From Nitrospirota bacterium (GTDB taxonomy: Bacteria; Nitrospirota; Nitrospiria; Nitrospirales; Nitrospiraceae), in assembly GCA_963703955.1 (NCBI GenBank), contig CAVPGK010000010.1, forward strand, positions 192,001-256,000: a stretch of 64,000 nucleotides of DNA, given 5' to 3'. The position numbers were made by a program, and so were the translations under genes. Below the pieces are notes generated by a model that made no database searches, had not been told where the DNA came from, and worked only from the letters and a program-made list of their open reading frames with translations. This document shows positions 31,701-40,690 of the stretch, one piece after another. How positions within the stretch are numbered: position 1 is the stretch's first letter; each line of letters opens with the position of its first letter.

Positions 31701-32151
31701 GTTGCCTCGAGTTGACGTTGACGTCAGGGCGGCGATGGCGCCGGTCACGTCGGACGGGTCCCCTCGTGGAACAGAGACCATCTTGCTCGTCGAAGACCAG
31801 AGCCTGGTCCGACAGTATGTGCGCGATGTCTTGAAGGAGCATGGCTATCACCTGTTGGAGGCTGAGAGCGGGGAAGAAGCCTTACGGTACGCAGAGGAAC
31901 ATCGGGGCCGCATCGATCTCTTACTGACGGACGTTGTGATGCCTCGTATGAGCGGACGTCACCTTTCGGAAGCGATCTCCTCTACACGGCCGAGCACCAA
32001 GGTGCTGTTCATGTCGGGCTATGCGGGAGACACCGTGCTTCGGGACGAGGTTCTGAAAGGCGCCGCGTTTCTGCAAAAGCCCATTGCGCCGGATGTGTTG
32101 TTGAGTCGAGTACGTGAGCTGTTGGATACACCGCTTGAGCGATCCCACTAG
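28717..32151 (+). CDS. Hybrid sensor histidine kinase (GAF-PAS-GAF-PAS-PAS-HisKA-HATPase-REC)
   Basis: GGVAHDFNNLL H-box, NARDAM, DTGCGM, FEPFFTTK, GTGLGL; receiver LLVED..LLTDVVMP..QKP. Confidence 0.95.
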   Translation: MFMQADGMIGEIERLKARVASLERLLEARDQTVVKQAGRIEAAMNQISAQSEVLHTILTGTASATGDHFFHSIVSHLASALKVRYALVGEVVHDRLDRIRTFAVCDGEEMLENLEYDLKGTPCAEVINQNLCYYERGVRELFPDDRLLADMGVESYCGTPLFDRSGRVLGILVVLHDQPMPRALDVQKMLTVFAERAGAELERKCAEEALRASEERYRMILASALDGFWVIDVQGNILEVNDAYCRLTGYRRDELLSMKVGDVEASESPKDVVKHIQAVQEVGGDRFETRHRCKGGAIIDVEVSVRYVNRDGGRFFSFFRDITARKRAEESLQQAGERVLKQESALFRLTKSETLRTADLTKVLRHITEAAAQTLMVERVSVWYYSEDRRAIQCANLYELSANRHSSGVELRADFYPAYFHALASSEIVAADDAHQDTRTREFSANYLSPLGISSMMDVPIYLFGRLEGVICHEHVGPSRRWMQDEQMFAMALANLISLAYEQWERKRVEEALRESEARFKDFMDNSPAMAWLKDEQGRYVYVNKPFEHRFRMRLEDFRGRTDFDVFPLETARQFCENDQAVLTAGSARELSEFAVTSDGEHHDWWVVRFPFRDASGMRYVGGMALDITERKRTETALRESEERLRIALNAVRMGIWDWNIRTNEVKWSDNVKRIYGVFEGTFAGSYEAYLTHVHPDDREMVVCSITDCIEQGAEYSVEHRVVWSDQSLHWVTCKGDVVRDDAGNAVRMLGTVMDITDRKRLEDQLRHSQKMEAVGRLAGGVAHDFNNLLTVITGYSKLLLSQLGPEDGMRDDVEGISQAGDRAAALTRQLLAFSRRQVVQLKVLDVNVVVTDLVDMLQRLIGEDIHLVTRLDPSPAYVKFDPGQLEQVLVNLSVNARDAMPDGGTLTIETIDAHDASAAGIGPADQVVRLIVHDTGCGMDADTLSHIFEPFFTTKELGKGTGLGLATVYGIVTQSGGTIEASSVPGQGTTFTMVLPRVDVDVRAAMAPVTSDGSPRGTETILLVEDQSLVRQYVRDVLKEHGYHLLEAESGEEALRYAEEHRGRIDLLLTDVVMPRMSGRHLSEAISSTRPSTKVLFMSGYAGDTVLRDEVLKGAAFLQKPIAPDVLLSRVRELLDTPLERSH

Positions 32152-32986
32152 GTCCGGAATCCGCGTTCATCTTGTCGTCGTCGCGATCATTACAATCGCG
32201 TGGTACGCGACAGGTGTACTGCAAGCAGACGCCCAACTCGATCGTTTACGAAAACTCAAAAAGGATGGGGACTCGTCAAAAGTCGATGACGCGCCCATGG
32301 CGGTGATCCCGTCCGGGCAGTTTTGGATGGGACGCGACGGAACCGAAGCGCTCGAAGACGAGCGCCCGCGCCATCAAGCCTGGCTCGATGCATATTTCAT
32401 GGATGTGTATGAAGTGACGACCGCCCGGTACGCGAAATTCCTATCCGCAACCGGTCGCCAGCCGCCCTTGTTCTGGGAGCAAGTGGATCTGAGTATCCAC
32501 GGTGATCGGCCCGTAGTCGGCGTCGACTGGCTGGATGCCGATGCCTATTGCCGTTGGGAGGGAAAACGATTGCCGACGGAAGCGGAATGGGAGAAGGCCG
32601 CCCGCGGAACCGATGACCGCCGCTATCCGTGGGGCAATCAACCCCCGACGGCGGACTTCGCCAACTATGCCCTCGGCGCACGCTTCAGTTATGACCAAGT
32701 TCTGATGCCCGTCGGCCGGTACGAGAAGGGCAAGAGTCCATTTGGTCTCTACAACCTGGCCGGAAATGTCTGGGAATGGGTCCAGGACTGGTACGAAGGC
32801 GATTACTACGAGCGAAGTCCTGAGCGCAGCCCGCAAGGGCCGGAGCAGGGCCAATTCAAAGTGCTTCGCGGCGGGTCGTGGTCCGAACTGCCGAAATATT
32901 TGCTGACCTACGGGCGATTCAAACTCCCGCCGAACACGCGCAACAGCTACACCGGCTTCCGCTGTGCCAAGTCGGTCCCTCACTAA
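32114..32986 (+). CDS. FGE-sulfatase (SUMF1-like) domain exported protein; start uncertain
   Basis: FWMG, EVTT..Y, RLPTEAEWEKAARG, GNVWEW, RGGSW, GFRCA. Confidence 0.9.
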   Translation: MSCWIHRLSDPTRSGIRVHLVVVAIITIAWYATGVLQADAQLDRLRKLKKDGDSSKVDDAPMAVIPSGQFWMGRDGTEALEDERPRHQAWLDAYFMDVYEVTTARYAKFLSATGRQPPLFWEQVDLSIHGDRPVVGVDWLDADAYCRWEGKRLPTEAEWEKAARGTDDRRYPWGNQPPTADFANYALGARFSYDQVLMPVGRYEKGKSPFGLYNLAGNVWEWVQDWYEGDYYERSPERSPQGPEQGQFKVLRGGSWSELPKYLLTYGRFKLPPNTRNSYTGFRCAKSVPH

Positions 32987-33231
32987 GCATCCACGCGTCC
33001 GTCTTGTGAGATGGATCAGTATCGAGATAGATACGCCCGTATCCTTTCGGATGCGGAGCAACCGCCGGCTGGATCTCTGTCCTTGACTGATTTGTTTGAA
33101 AAAGTTGAAGCCCGTCCGCGATCAGGAAAGGAACAGTCCTTGCTTTATGTTCTCCGTGAGAAGCAGAAGGCTCATATCATGAAGAAGCGCGGGCCCTCGC
33201 CGTTGGCACGGGTTCGGGCGAAGGAGAATCT

Positions 33232-34215
33232 ATGCCGTTGAAGCGCTATGGCATTCTGAAGGGACGTCCCATTCGTCGAATCATCGGTCAGGGGAGCAGT
33301 CCTCACTATCAGATTCACATGATCGATGAGACGACGGACTATCGTATCGCTGTGAATGTCAAATCCAGGGAAAGCCCGTCGGAATTGGAATACGTCGTTG
33401 ATGATGAATTCCATCATCCCATCACCGCAGGGTTGGCTGGGCTCCCGCTCGGCTTCACGTTGTTGCAGAGCCAGCCTGGGGGCCTGGCCCTCGACTTCAT
33501 CCGCGGCAACCTCTTCGATCGGACGCGTATGAAACCGCTTCCATATAATCGCCCCGGACCGGACAACGACTTGAACGATACGTTTGATCGGTACATGCTT
33601 CGAGCGATGGGAGAGGAGGAAGCGCTCATCTATGCATTCGGCGAGAGATGGGGGCCGGAAGCCAATCAGAAAGATAAGTATTTCGGTTTCAAGCCGGGAA
33701 ACGGTATCCACGATATCCATATGAACCAAGCGAACTCCGATGCCTTCCGGGACGATGATGGCGTGTGGCAAGATGGCGCGATGTTGATCCAGTTCCCCTC
33801 GCGCAACCAGTGGGTGGCGATCTTTCTCAAGTTCCAGTCACAATCGTGGCACAGCGACGACCGAACGGGTCATCGCATCGAAGGAGTCCAACCGGATCAC
33901 ACGGTCCGGATCATTGCCGCGCTGGTGAATCCGGCCGGTCCTTCTCCTGAGAAAGAAACGGTGACGCTGTTGAATACAACCCCACAGCGGATCAACCTGA
34001 ACGGGTGGGCGATTGCCGACAAGCTGAAGCACAAACATGTCCTAGGGGGCGCTCTTGACCCCGGCGCAACCGTCCAGATTGCGCTGCCGCCAGAGGTGCA
34101 ATTGGGAAACGACGGCGGCATCATCACATTGCTGGACGCGCAGGGGCTGAAAGTGCACGGCGTGTCGTACACGCGAGATCACGCTCAGCGCGAGGGCTGG
34201 ACCCTCGTGTTTTGA
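33232..34215 (+). CDS. YukJ/DUF2278-like protein fused to a lamin-tail-like domain
   Basis: MPLKRYGILKG, PHYQI, AVNVKS, LDFIRGN, GIHDIHMNQ, WQDGA; C-terminal RIIAALVNP..ETVTLLN..NLNGW..LGNDGG.ITL. Confidence 0.8.
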   Translation: MPLKRYGILKGRPIRRIIGQGSSPHYQIHMIDETTDYRIAVNVKSRESPSELEYVVDDEFHHPITAGLAGLPLGFTLLQSQPGGLALDFIRGNLFDRTRMKPLPYNRPGPDNDLNDTFDRYMLRAMGEEEALIYAFGERWGPEANQKDKYFGFKPGNGIHDIHMNQANSDAFRDDDGVWQDGAMLIQFPSRNQWVAIFLKFQSQSWHSDDRTGHRIEGVQPDHTVRIIAALVNPAGPSPEKETVTLLNTTPQRINLNGWAIADKLKHKHVLGGALDPGATVQIALPPEVQLGNDGGIITLLDAQGLKVHGVSYTRDHAQREGWTLVF

Positions 34216-34227
34216 CGGAGGTCTGTG

Positions 34228-35898
34228 ATGCGGAAGATGGCGCAAGTGGGAAACCTGTCCGTCAAAGCCTATGCCGGGACCACCGGGGTCTTGTTGGCGA
34301 TGAACATCGAGCCGGCCAAGCGCGAGGGACTACTCGGGTTCGCATTGGAACGACTGGCGAAGGCCACAGGCAAGAAAGAGTTCTTGACCGGCATGTTGCA
34401 CTTTCCCGGCATGCCGCATAAGCCGGGCGAGCCGATTCCGACCAACGAAGCGCCGATCCAGAAATTTCGGTGGTCGGATTATCGAGTGTATCCGGATTCA
34501 TCCTACGTCTATACCCTCTACCCGGTGTACGGGCAACCGGGAATGCTCGACATCAAAGCCGGTCCGACCATCGAGGTCAAGACGGCCAGCAGCCATCATG
34601 GCGAGCACTGCGTCCTGTTCAATCGGGCGGCCGCGGCCAGTCAGGCATTTTCCCGGAAGTTCCCCAAGGTTGAAGAGGCCCTAAACGCAGAGTTGAGAGA
34701 AGCAAAGGCCGAAAACCGGGAACCGCATTTTGAGCTACCGCTGTCGGCGCGCAAATGGCTCAGCCGAGGACTGCTCGAACAGATCACCGGGTTCATCGAA
34801 CGGGCGAAGAATAAGGGGTGGGCGCTCGACATTGCGATCTACGAGTATGAACTGCCGGAGATCACCGAGGCGGTCAAAGCGGCCCATGCGCGGGGTGTTA
34901 AGGTACGCGTCGTCTATCACGCCAAAGAGGGAGATGAGCAGACCGCAGTCAACGAGAAGCATTTAGCCGGATTACCGAAGACAGCGAAGCGAGCGCGGCT
35001 GACCGATAAGATCTGCCATCACAAGTTCATCGTATTGAGCAAGGTAGCGGATGGGAAGAGTACGCCCCAAGCGGTGCTGTGCGGGTCCGCCAATTTTACC
35101 GAAAATGGTGTCTACCGGCAGGGAAACGTGGTGCATGTGGTGGAGCGCGCCGATGTTGCGCAGCAGTACCTCGATCTTTTCGAAGTCCTCTTTCGCGGCG
35201 ATACCAAGACGGCGACCCGGAAGTACATCACGGACCATAACAAGTTCGGTGATCCGCAGCCGTTGTTTGCCGGATTCTCACCACGGAGCGGGCGGGGCGA
35301 TCTCAGGGCCTTCATTGACGACGTCGGGAAGGCCTCCCGGGACGTGCTCTTCTGCACCACCTTCGACCTGTACGACGATCTGGAGACTGCCCTGTTAGGT
35401 CAGCCGCATGACCCCATTCTCAGGTACGGCCTCGAAAACAGTCGCAGTAAAATTACCGGCTTTCACGCCGATCGCACCGCGGCATTTTCGGCGACGGCGA
35501 TGTTGTCGAAGGGCTTGGAAGGCTTTTTAAAGGAATCGACCCAGGGCCAACGAGGAAACATTCTCATCCACACCAAGCTCATCGTCGTGGATTTCACCTC
35601 AGACAATCCGACCATTATCAGCGGCTCGCACAATTTCTCGGCGTCGGCTTCAGAAGGAAATGACGAAAATTATCTGGTGCTGCGCGGTGATACGGATGTG
35701 GCCGATTCGTACGGGTGTGAGCTGATGCGGCTGTACGATCACTATCGGTTCCGTTACGTGTCAAAGATAAAAACCGAGGCCGAAGAAAAACCGGAGTCCC
35801 CGAAGCTCGCGCCGGACGATACCTGGACCATTCCCTACTTTACACCGGGGTCTCTCAAGATGACTGACCGTTTGAGATTCGCCGGGGAAGGTCTGTAG
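34228..35898 (+). CDS. Phospholipase D-superfamily protein with two HKD-type motifs
   Basis: HHKFIVLS..GSANFT and HTKLIVVD..GSHNFS..NDEN; no signal peptide; GGAGG RBS just after the yukJ-like stop. Confidence 0.88.
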   Translation: MRKMAQVGNLSVKAYAGTTGVLLAMNIEPAKREGLLGFALERLAKATGKKEFLTGMLHFPGMPHKPGEPIPTNEAPIQKFRWSDYRVYPDSSYVYTLYPVYGQPGMLDIKAGPTIEVKTASSHHGEHCVLFNRAAAASQAFSRKFPKVEEALNAELREAKAENREPHFELPLSARKWLSRGLLEQITGFIERAKNKGWALDIAIYEYELPEITEAVKAAHARGVKVRVVYHAKEGDEQTAVNEKHLAGLPKTAKRARLTDKICHHKFIVLSKVADGKSTPQAVLCGSANFTENGVYRQGNVVHVVERADVAQQYLDLFEVLFRGDTKTATRKYITDHNKFGDPQPLFAGFSPRSGRGDLRAFIDDVGKASRDVLFCTTFDLYDDLETALLGQPHDPILRYGLENSRSKITGFHADRTAAFSATAMLSKGLEGFLKESTQGQRGNILIHTKLIVVDFTSDNPTIISGSHNFSASASEGNDENYLVLRGDTDVADSYGCELMRLYDHYRFRYVSKIKTEAEEKPESPKLAPDDTWTIPYFTPGSLKMTDRLRFAGEGL

Positions 35899-35918
35899 AA
35901 GTTCACTGATGCGCAGAG

Positions 35919-35954
35919 GGGTTCTACCCCGTTTCCACGGACAGGTGAGTTAAG
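35919..35954 (-). mobile_element. Possible orphan IS3-family terminal repeat
   Basis: Minus strand CTTAACTCACCTGTCCGTGGAAACGGGGTAGAACCC resembles the TGTCC-N-GGGG pattern of IS3 ends; lacks a terminal CA and no transposase is nearby. Confidence 0.35.
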
Positions 35955-36012
35955 AGTTGCCCCCCCTGCTACTGCAAATGGACTTGTACTCATGTGTGGG
36001 TGAGGCTTCCTA

Positions 36013-36475
36013 TCAGGGTCGCAACAGCACCGCCGCGATCACCAGCACGGTCAGGGTCGCCAGGACGACGAGATAGATCGTGACGCTTCGGTCTCGCAGC
36101 CAGTCTGTCTTCCAATCTTCCGGATACAGCGCCTTGCCCTCGAGATACAGCCCTTCGTCATACAATCCCAGGACCCGCTCGATCTCGACCAAAGCCCGCT
36201 TGGCCATGCGGTGGCGGCTGCGCTGCTGAAGGATCAGATAGGCGAACACGGCGGAGAAGAGAGCCACGCCGGTAATAGCGAAGAGGGCGGTCGTAAAATT
36301 AGGGCTCGGTCGGGCGGGGACAGCCAGCATCGGTGACAAGAAGTAAGACGAGAAACGCGCTGGCGAAAGCGGTGAGGCGCATCATCTGCTCGCGCCGCCG
36401 GAACACCTCTTCCTTGTACCAGGGATAGAGGACCTTCAGCACTTCGAGTTGTTCTTCGCGCAGGATCTCCGGCAT
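36013..36475 (-). CDS. Small membrane protein (frameshift near 36333)
   Basis: MPEILREEQLEVLKVLYPWYKEEVFRRREQMMRLTAFASAFLVLLLVT joins ORF 36013-36339 (MLAVPARP..) if one base is removed. Confidence 0.65.
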
Positions 36476-36494
36476 GGTCTTAACCTGTTTCTTC

Positions 36495-36621
36495 CAGGAT
36501 GCTCAAAACGGTCCGCCAACGAGGCCGCAGGCGAAGTCAAAGCCGGAGGCGTAGCCTCTGGGCTACGTTGAGGACTGTTGACGAGCCGAGAACAAAGTTG
36601 GGGGCCGTTTTCAGCATCCTG
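36495..36621. mobile_element. 127-bp MITE-like element
   Basis: Terminal inverted repeats CAGGATGCTCAAAACGG / CCGTTTTCAGCATCCTG (16/17 match); internal hairpin CGTAGCC-TCTG-GGCTACG; related copy at 54901-54988. Confidence 0.8.
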
Positions 36622-37470
36622 TTAGGTGCCTCACCATCCAGTTCGCGAGCATCGTGATCATTGTCCGAAAATCGTCCGCCTTTGTAAACCCATGGTTCGC
36701 CCCTTTGAGGATCTGCAAGTCTTTCTCGGTGTGAACAGCATCGAGCAGGCGATGGCTCTGGTGGAGCGGCACGTATTCGTCCTATCTCCTTGCACGACCA
36801 GAACCGGCGCGGTGATGGCCTCCGCGGCCTTGTAACCGTTGTGAAGCAAGCAGTTTTCGTAGAACGCAAAGGACAGACGGACCGGTCGCGTGCCGCCGGT
36901 CACGTCCGGAATTTCATGGGTCCGTTTCCATCGATCGATTCCGGCCTCACCGAATTCTAGCCGCAGCATCTCCGGAAAATCAGGAACCGGGCATTTCAAC
37001 CCGACGGCGGCCAGGTCGGGTCGCTGGGCTGCCGTCAGGATGGCCACCAACCCGCCGAAACTGGACCCGATCAGTCCCAGCCGGCGATAGCCTTTGCTCC
37101 TCACCAGATCCAGGGCCGCCAGAGCCTGGCCCACCGCCGTGTCGACCGTGATCTGCTCGAACGGACCCTCGCTGTCGCCCTGGCCGAAAAAATCGAACCG
37201 GAACGTTGCGATGCCCTGATCGCTGAGCAGACGGGTCAGCGCCTTGTTGGTCGTACTGTTCTTGTTCGAAAGAAAACCATGGCAAAGCACGACCAGGCGA
37301 CCGGTCGGAAGGGGCGCGTCTCGGGAAATGAGCCGGTCTTGGCCGGCTTGGGGTTGGGCGGGTGAGACAGTCGCCTGGGGTGGGTGGGTGAAATGATCCT
37401 GCACAGGCGTTGTCAAGATCGCGGCGACGGTATGCCCTGCGGGGTCCTGAAATGTAAGCGACTGCTCCAT
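36611..37470 (-). CDS. Alpha/beta hydrolase (frameshift near 36782; carries an intragenic repeat insertion)
   Basis: LCHGF, RFDFFGQGDSEG, GSSFGG. Adding one G restores QGDRDEYVP..GANHGF..WMVRHLTGC* with the stop lying in the MITE terminal repeat. Confidence 0.85.
37305..37398 (-). repeat. Intragenic hairpin element (composite) in frame in the hydrolase N-terminus
   Basis: TTTCACCCACCCACCCCAGGCG..TCTCACCCGCCCAACCCCA-AGCCGG-CCAAGA-CCGGCT-CATTTCCCGAGACGCGCCCCTTCC, translated as HFTHPPQATVSPAQPQAGQDRLISRDAPLP. Confidence 0.8.
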
Positions 37471-37537
37471 GCCACATTCTATCAAAGTGGATTGGAGCCT
37501 GGCGACCAGGGTATGATGGACCAATGGAGGCCGGTTC

Positions 37538-38413
37538 ATGGCAAATGTGAGGAAGCGACTGTCCACCAATGTGGACGGCAATTTCTATGTCGACTCGACC
37601 TGCATCAACTGCGACACCTGCCGGCAACTGGCGCCGGCGACCTTCGCAGAACAGGGAGATTATTCGTTCGTGGCGCATCAACCAACCGGCCGGGACGAAT
37701 TGTTTCGCGCCCATCAAGCCCTGTTGGCCTGCCCGGTGGGATCAATCGGAGCCCTGCAGGGTGACAAAGCCCTCTTGCACATCGCGACAGAGAGCTTTCC
37801 CCTTCAGGTTGAGGGAGCGGTGTACTACAACGGCTTCAACTCCGAGAAGTCGTTCGGCGCCAACAGCTATTTCATTCGACGGCCGGGCGGCAACTGGCTG
37901 ATCGACTCACCGCGGTACATGCAACGCTTGGTGACCACCTTCGAGCAATGGGGAGGCCTTCACTCCATCTTCTTGACCCATGAAGATGATGTGGCGGACG
38001 CCGATCGGTATGCGAAGCGCTTCGGGGCCAGACGGATCATCCATCGCGCCGATATGGCCGCCGCGCCTGATGCCGAATGGCTGATCGACGGAAACGAACC
38101 GGTCCGCGCTGCGGAAGATTGTCTGATCCTGCCGGTGCCCGGCCATACGCAGGGCAGCCAGGCGCTGCTCTTTGCGGATCGATATCTCTTTACCGGGGAT
38201 CACCTATGGTGGGATCGCGAGGACAGTCGCCTCGGCATGCCGAGCGTGCTGGTGTGGTCCGAGACGGAACTGTTCAGTTCGACGCGTGCGCTTCTCAACC
38301 ACACGTTTGAATGGGTCCTGCCGGGACACGGCGACCGGATCCATCTGCCCGCATCGGAGATGAATATGGAGCTGGGTCGCCTGCTCGCGCGCCGAACCGG
38401 GTGTGAGAAGTAG
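37538..38413 (+). CDS. Ferredoxin-fused metallo-beta-lactamase fold hydrolase
   Basis: CINCDTC...ACPVGSI, then THEDD, PGHTQGS, TGDH, PGHG. Confidence 0.88.
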   Translation: MANVRKRLSTNVDGNFYVDSTCINCDTCRQLAPATFAEQGDYSFVAHQPTGRDELFRAHQALLACPVGSIGALQGDKALLHIATESFPLQVEGAVYYNGFNSEKSFGANSYFIRRPGGNWLIDSPRYMQRLVTTFEQWGGLHSIFLTHEDDVADADRYAKRFGARRIIHRADMAAAPDAEWLIDGNEPVRAAEDCLILPVPGHTQGSQALLFADRYLFTGDHLWWDREDSRLGMPSVLVWSETELFSSTRALLNHTFEWVLPGHGDRIHLPASEMNMELGRLLARRTGCEK

Positions 38414-38447
38414 ACAGGCGTGTCCAACGGACCGTCCGCTCGGTGGA

Positions 38448-39719
38448 TCACTCGGACGGACGGCTGGTCAGTAACAATCCCACTTTCACCAGAAAAATCA
38501 CCAGCCCCAAAAAGAGTAAGCCTGCGCTCGCCCACGAGGCCGCCTGCACCGTCGTGGACGCTAAGCTGAATTGCCACACCAGTGCCGCCACGAGCGCAAG
38601 CCCGATCGTGCCGAGGCTCAACGCGCCGACCTGGAGCGCACGCCATTGCTCGGCAATCGTCGTGAGTTGCGCGAGATAAGGCCCGCGCTTCTTGTTGCTC
38701 GAGACCCTTCCCAGCGCCAAGCTGATCGGCAAAAGATGGGAGAGCGCGCCGAAGATCGTTTGGACGATGAATCCCACCAGCGCCAGATGCGTGTAGGCCA
38801 CGAGATGCAGCGTGCCGAACGGGACACGCGGGGGGTCCCACAGGGAGTTCACCGCGACGAAGATTCCCGTCGGCACGACGAGCATGAGAAAGAACGTGGC
38901 CATCAGGAGATGGTTAGATGCGGCGCTTAAAGGCCGTCCGGCGTCGATCCAGGTCCTCACGATGTTATAGGCGTAGAGCGAGACGCCGGTCAGCAGAACG
39001 ACTCCCGCGCCGATCTGTACCGAGACCCTGGACAAGAGAAAACCCGCTACCAAGGAAAGGACGCCCAGGGGCAGGAGAAAGAAGATCAGCCTCGCAAGCC
39101 GGGGGCTGTGCAGGCGAGCATTCAGCACCGTCGGAAAGAGATTGTGCATTGTGCCGATGATGGTCAGCGTGACGAATCCGAGTAGGTTGAGATGGATATG
39201 CGAGAGCCTCGCTTGTCCCAATATGGTTGGAGGCAAGATCCGCAGGGCCATAGCTTCGCCCATCCCCAGCCCACCGAGCAACGCGACCAGCGCCACGCCG
39301 TAGAACCAGAGATTCAAGGGAGGCGAGACGAGGCTGCTCTTCGCTTGTCGTATCGCGTCCACGAATAAGGAAAGAAAGGCGATGATCACCAACACCCCGG
39401 CGACCCCCACGACGGCATAGTGTCGTAAGGCAAATCCGATCAAGACGACGATCGTGCCGACATTGATCATGGCAAAGAGCACGGGATGAGACTCGGGGCG
39501 GTTTCGACCGGACAAGAGGAGAGGAGGAACAAACGCCAGCATGGCTCCCAGGATCATCTGCGCGACCCCGCCGATCAACGCCCCGTGGACATGGATGAGG
39601 CGAAGCATCGGAGGCATCGGGAGCCCGCGTATCATGCCCAGGAACAGGACCAATCCTAACAGCGAGGACAGGAGCAACCAGAACAGACCGGTCAGGAGAA
39701 AGAGCGGGGGTCGGAACAT
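38448..39719 (-). CDS. Polytopic membrane protein with three His-containing repeats (NnrS/heme-copper-oxidase-like)
   Basis: Start MFRPPLF after GGAGG; about 12 TM; repeats HVHGALIGG..MILGAM, HIHLNLLGF..TIIGTM, YTHLALVGF..TIFGAL. Confidence 0.7.
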   Translation of the reverse strand: MFRPPLFLLTGLFWLLLSSLLGLVLFLGMIRGLPMPPMLRLIHVHGALIGGVAQMILGAMLAFVPPLLLSGRNRPESHPVLFAMINVGTIVVLIGFALRHYAVVGVAGVLVIIAFLSLFVDAIRQAKSSLVSPPLNLWFYGVALVALLGGLGMGEAMALRILPPTILGQARLSHIHLNLLGFVTLTIIGTMHNLFPTVLNARLHSPRLARLIFFLLPLGVLSLVAGFLLSRVSVQIGAGVVLLTGVSLYAYNIVRTWIDAGRPLSAASNHLLMATFFLMLVVPTGIFVAVNSLWDPPRVPFGTLHLVAYTHLALVGFIVQTIFGALSHLLPISLALGRVSSNKKRGPYLAQLTTIAEQWRALQVGALSLGTIGLALVAALVWQFSLASTTVQAASWASAGLLFLGLVIFLVKVGLLLTSRPSE

Positions 39720-39732
39720 ACACCTCCTGTCA

Positions 39733-40518
39733 TTACGGTATGAAATAGAAGTGGTTGGTGGGACCCTTGCCGTGACCGATGGCGAGACCGTGGCGGATCG
39801 CTTCCGTGACATAGGTCTTGGCGGTTTGAATCGCGTCGGGGAGGGCTTTCCCTCTCGCCAGTTGGGCCGCAATGGCGGAGGCGTACGTGCAACCGGTGCC
39901 GTGGGTGTGCGGGGTGTTGATGAATTCGCCTTTGAAGACGTTGAAGAACCGGCCGTCGTAGAGCAAATCAGTCCCACGTTCGGCCAGCAAATGCCCGCCC
40001 TTGATCAGCACGTTCTTGCAGCCAAGCTTGTGAATAACCTTGGCGGCGTGACGCGCCTCGGCCAGCGTTTTGATACTCACGCCCGAGAGGGTTTCCGCCT
40101 CATGCACGTTCGGCGTTACCACCAGCGCGAGAGGGATCAATTCTTTTGTGACGGCTTCGACGGCATCCTTTTTCAAGAGCGCATGGCCGCTCTTGGCAAT
40201 CATCACGGGATCGACGACGAGGTTCTCGACCTTCTGAGGCCTCAACATCTTGACCACTGTGTGCACGATATCTGCCGATGACAGCATGCCGGTCTTGACC
40301 GCCGCGACATCGAAGTCATCAAAGATCGCATCGATCTGCGCTTCGATGATGGCGACCGGGAGCTCGAAGACCTCCGTCACCTCCTCGGTGTTCTGCGCGG
40401 TGATGGCGGTGATCGCCGACATGCCGTACACGCCATTGGCGGCAAAGGCCTTCAAATCCGCCTGAATGCCCGCGCCCCCGCCGGAATCGGAACCTGCAAT
40501 CGTGAGAACCTGCTTCAT
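39733..40518 (-). CDS. thiD: Hydroxymethylpyrimidine/phosphomethylpyrimidine kinase
   Basis: TIAGSDSGGGAGIQADLK, VDPVM, KGGH, THGTGC. Confidence 0.96.
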   Translation of the reverse strand: MKQVLTIAGSDSGGGAGIQADLKAFAANGVYGMSAITAITAQNTEEVTEVFELPVAIIEAQIDAIFDDFDVAAVKTGMLSSADIVHTVVKMLRPQKVENLVVDPVMIAKSGHALLKKDAVEAVTKELIPLALVVTPNVHEAETLSGVSIKTLAEARHAAKVIHKLGCKNVLIKGGHLLAERGTDLLYDGRFFNVFKGEFINTPHTHGTGCTYASAIAAQLARGKALPDAIQTAKTYVTEAIRHGLAIGHGKGPTNHFYFIP

Positions 40519-40690
40519 GCTCTGTCCTTGTTTTCAGCAATCATACAGCAGGTTCGTCTCTGTTTCATGACTCCCTTTTTGGGTAACTGGTCCGAGACTC
40601 TCGGAGCGTCATCAGAGCGCCATTGGGAAACCGCTCTTGCTGAGCGACTACTTGGGTTGAAACGAAAAAGCTCACCGAAAGCTTTTATTC

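Noticed and set aside
33011..33241. 76-aa ORF upstream of the yukJ-like gene as a third component
   Set aside because: No motif and a weak RBS; cannot be supported without conservation data.
40519..40690. TPP riboswitch upstream of thiD (also checked upstream of thiY-like and tenA)
   Set aside because: No CTGAGA plus CCTGA..TAAT..GCG.AGG core visible by eye; an Rfam scan would settle it.
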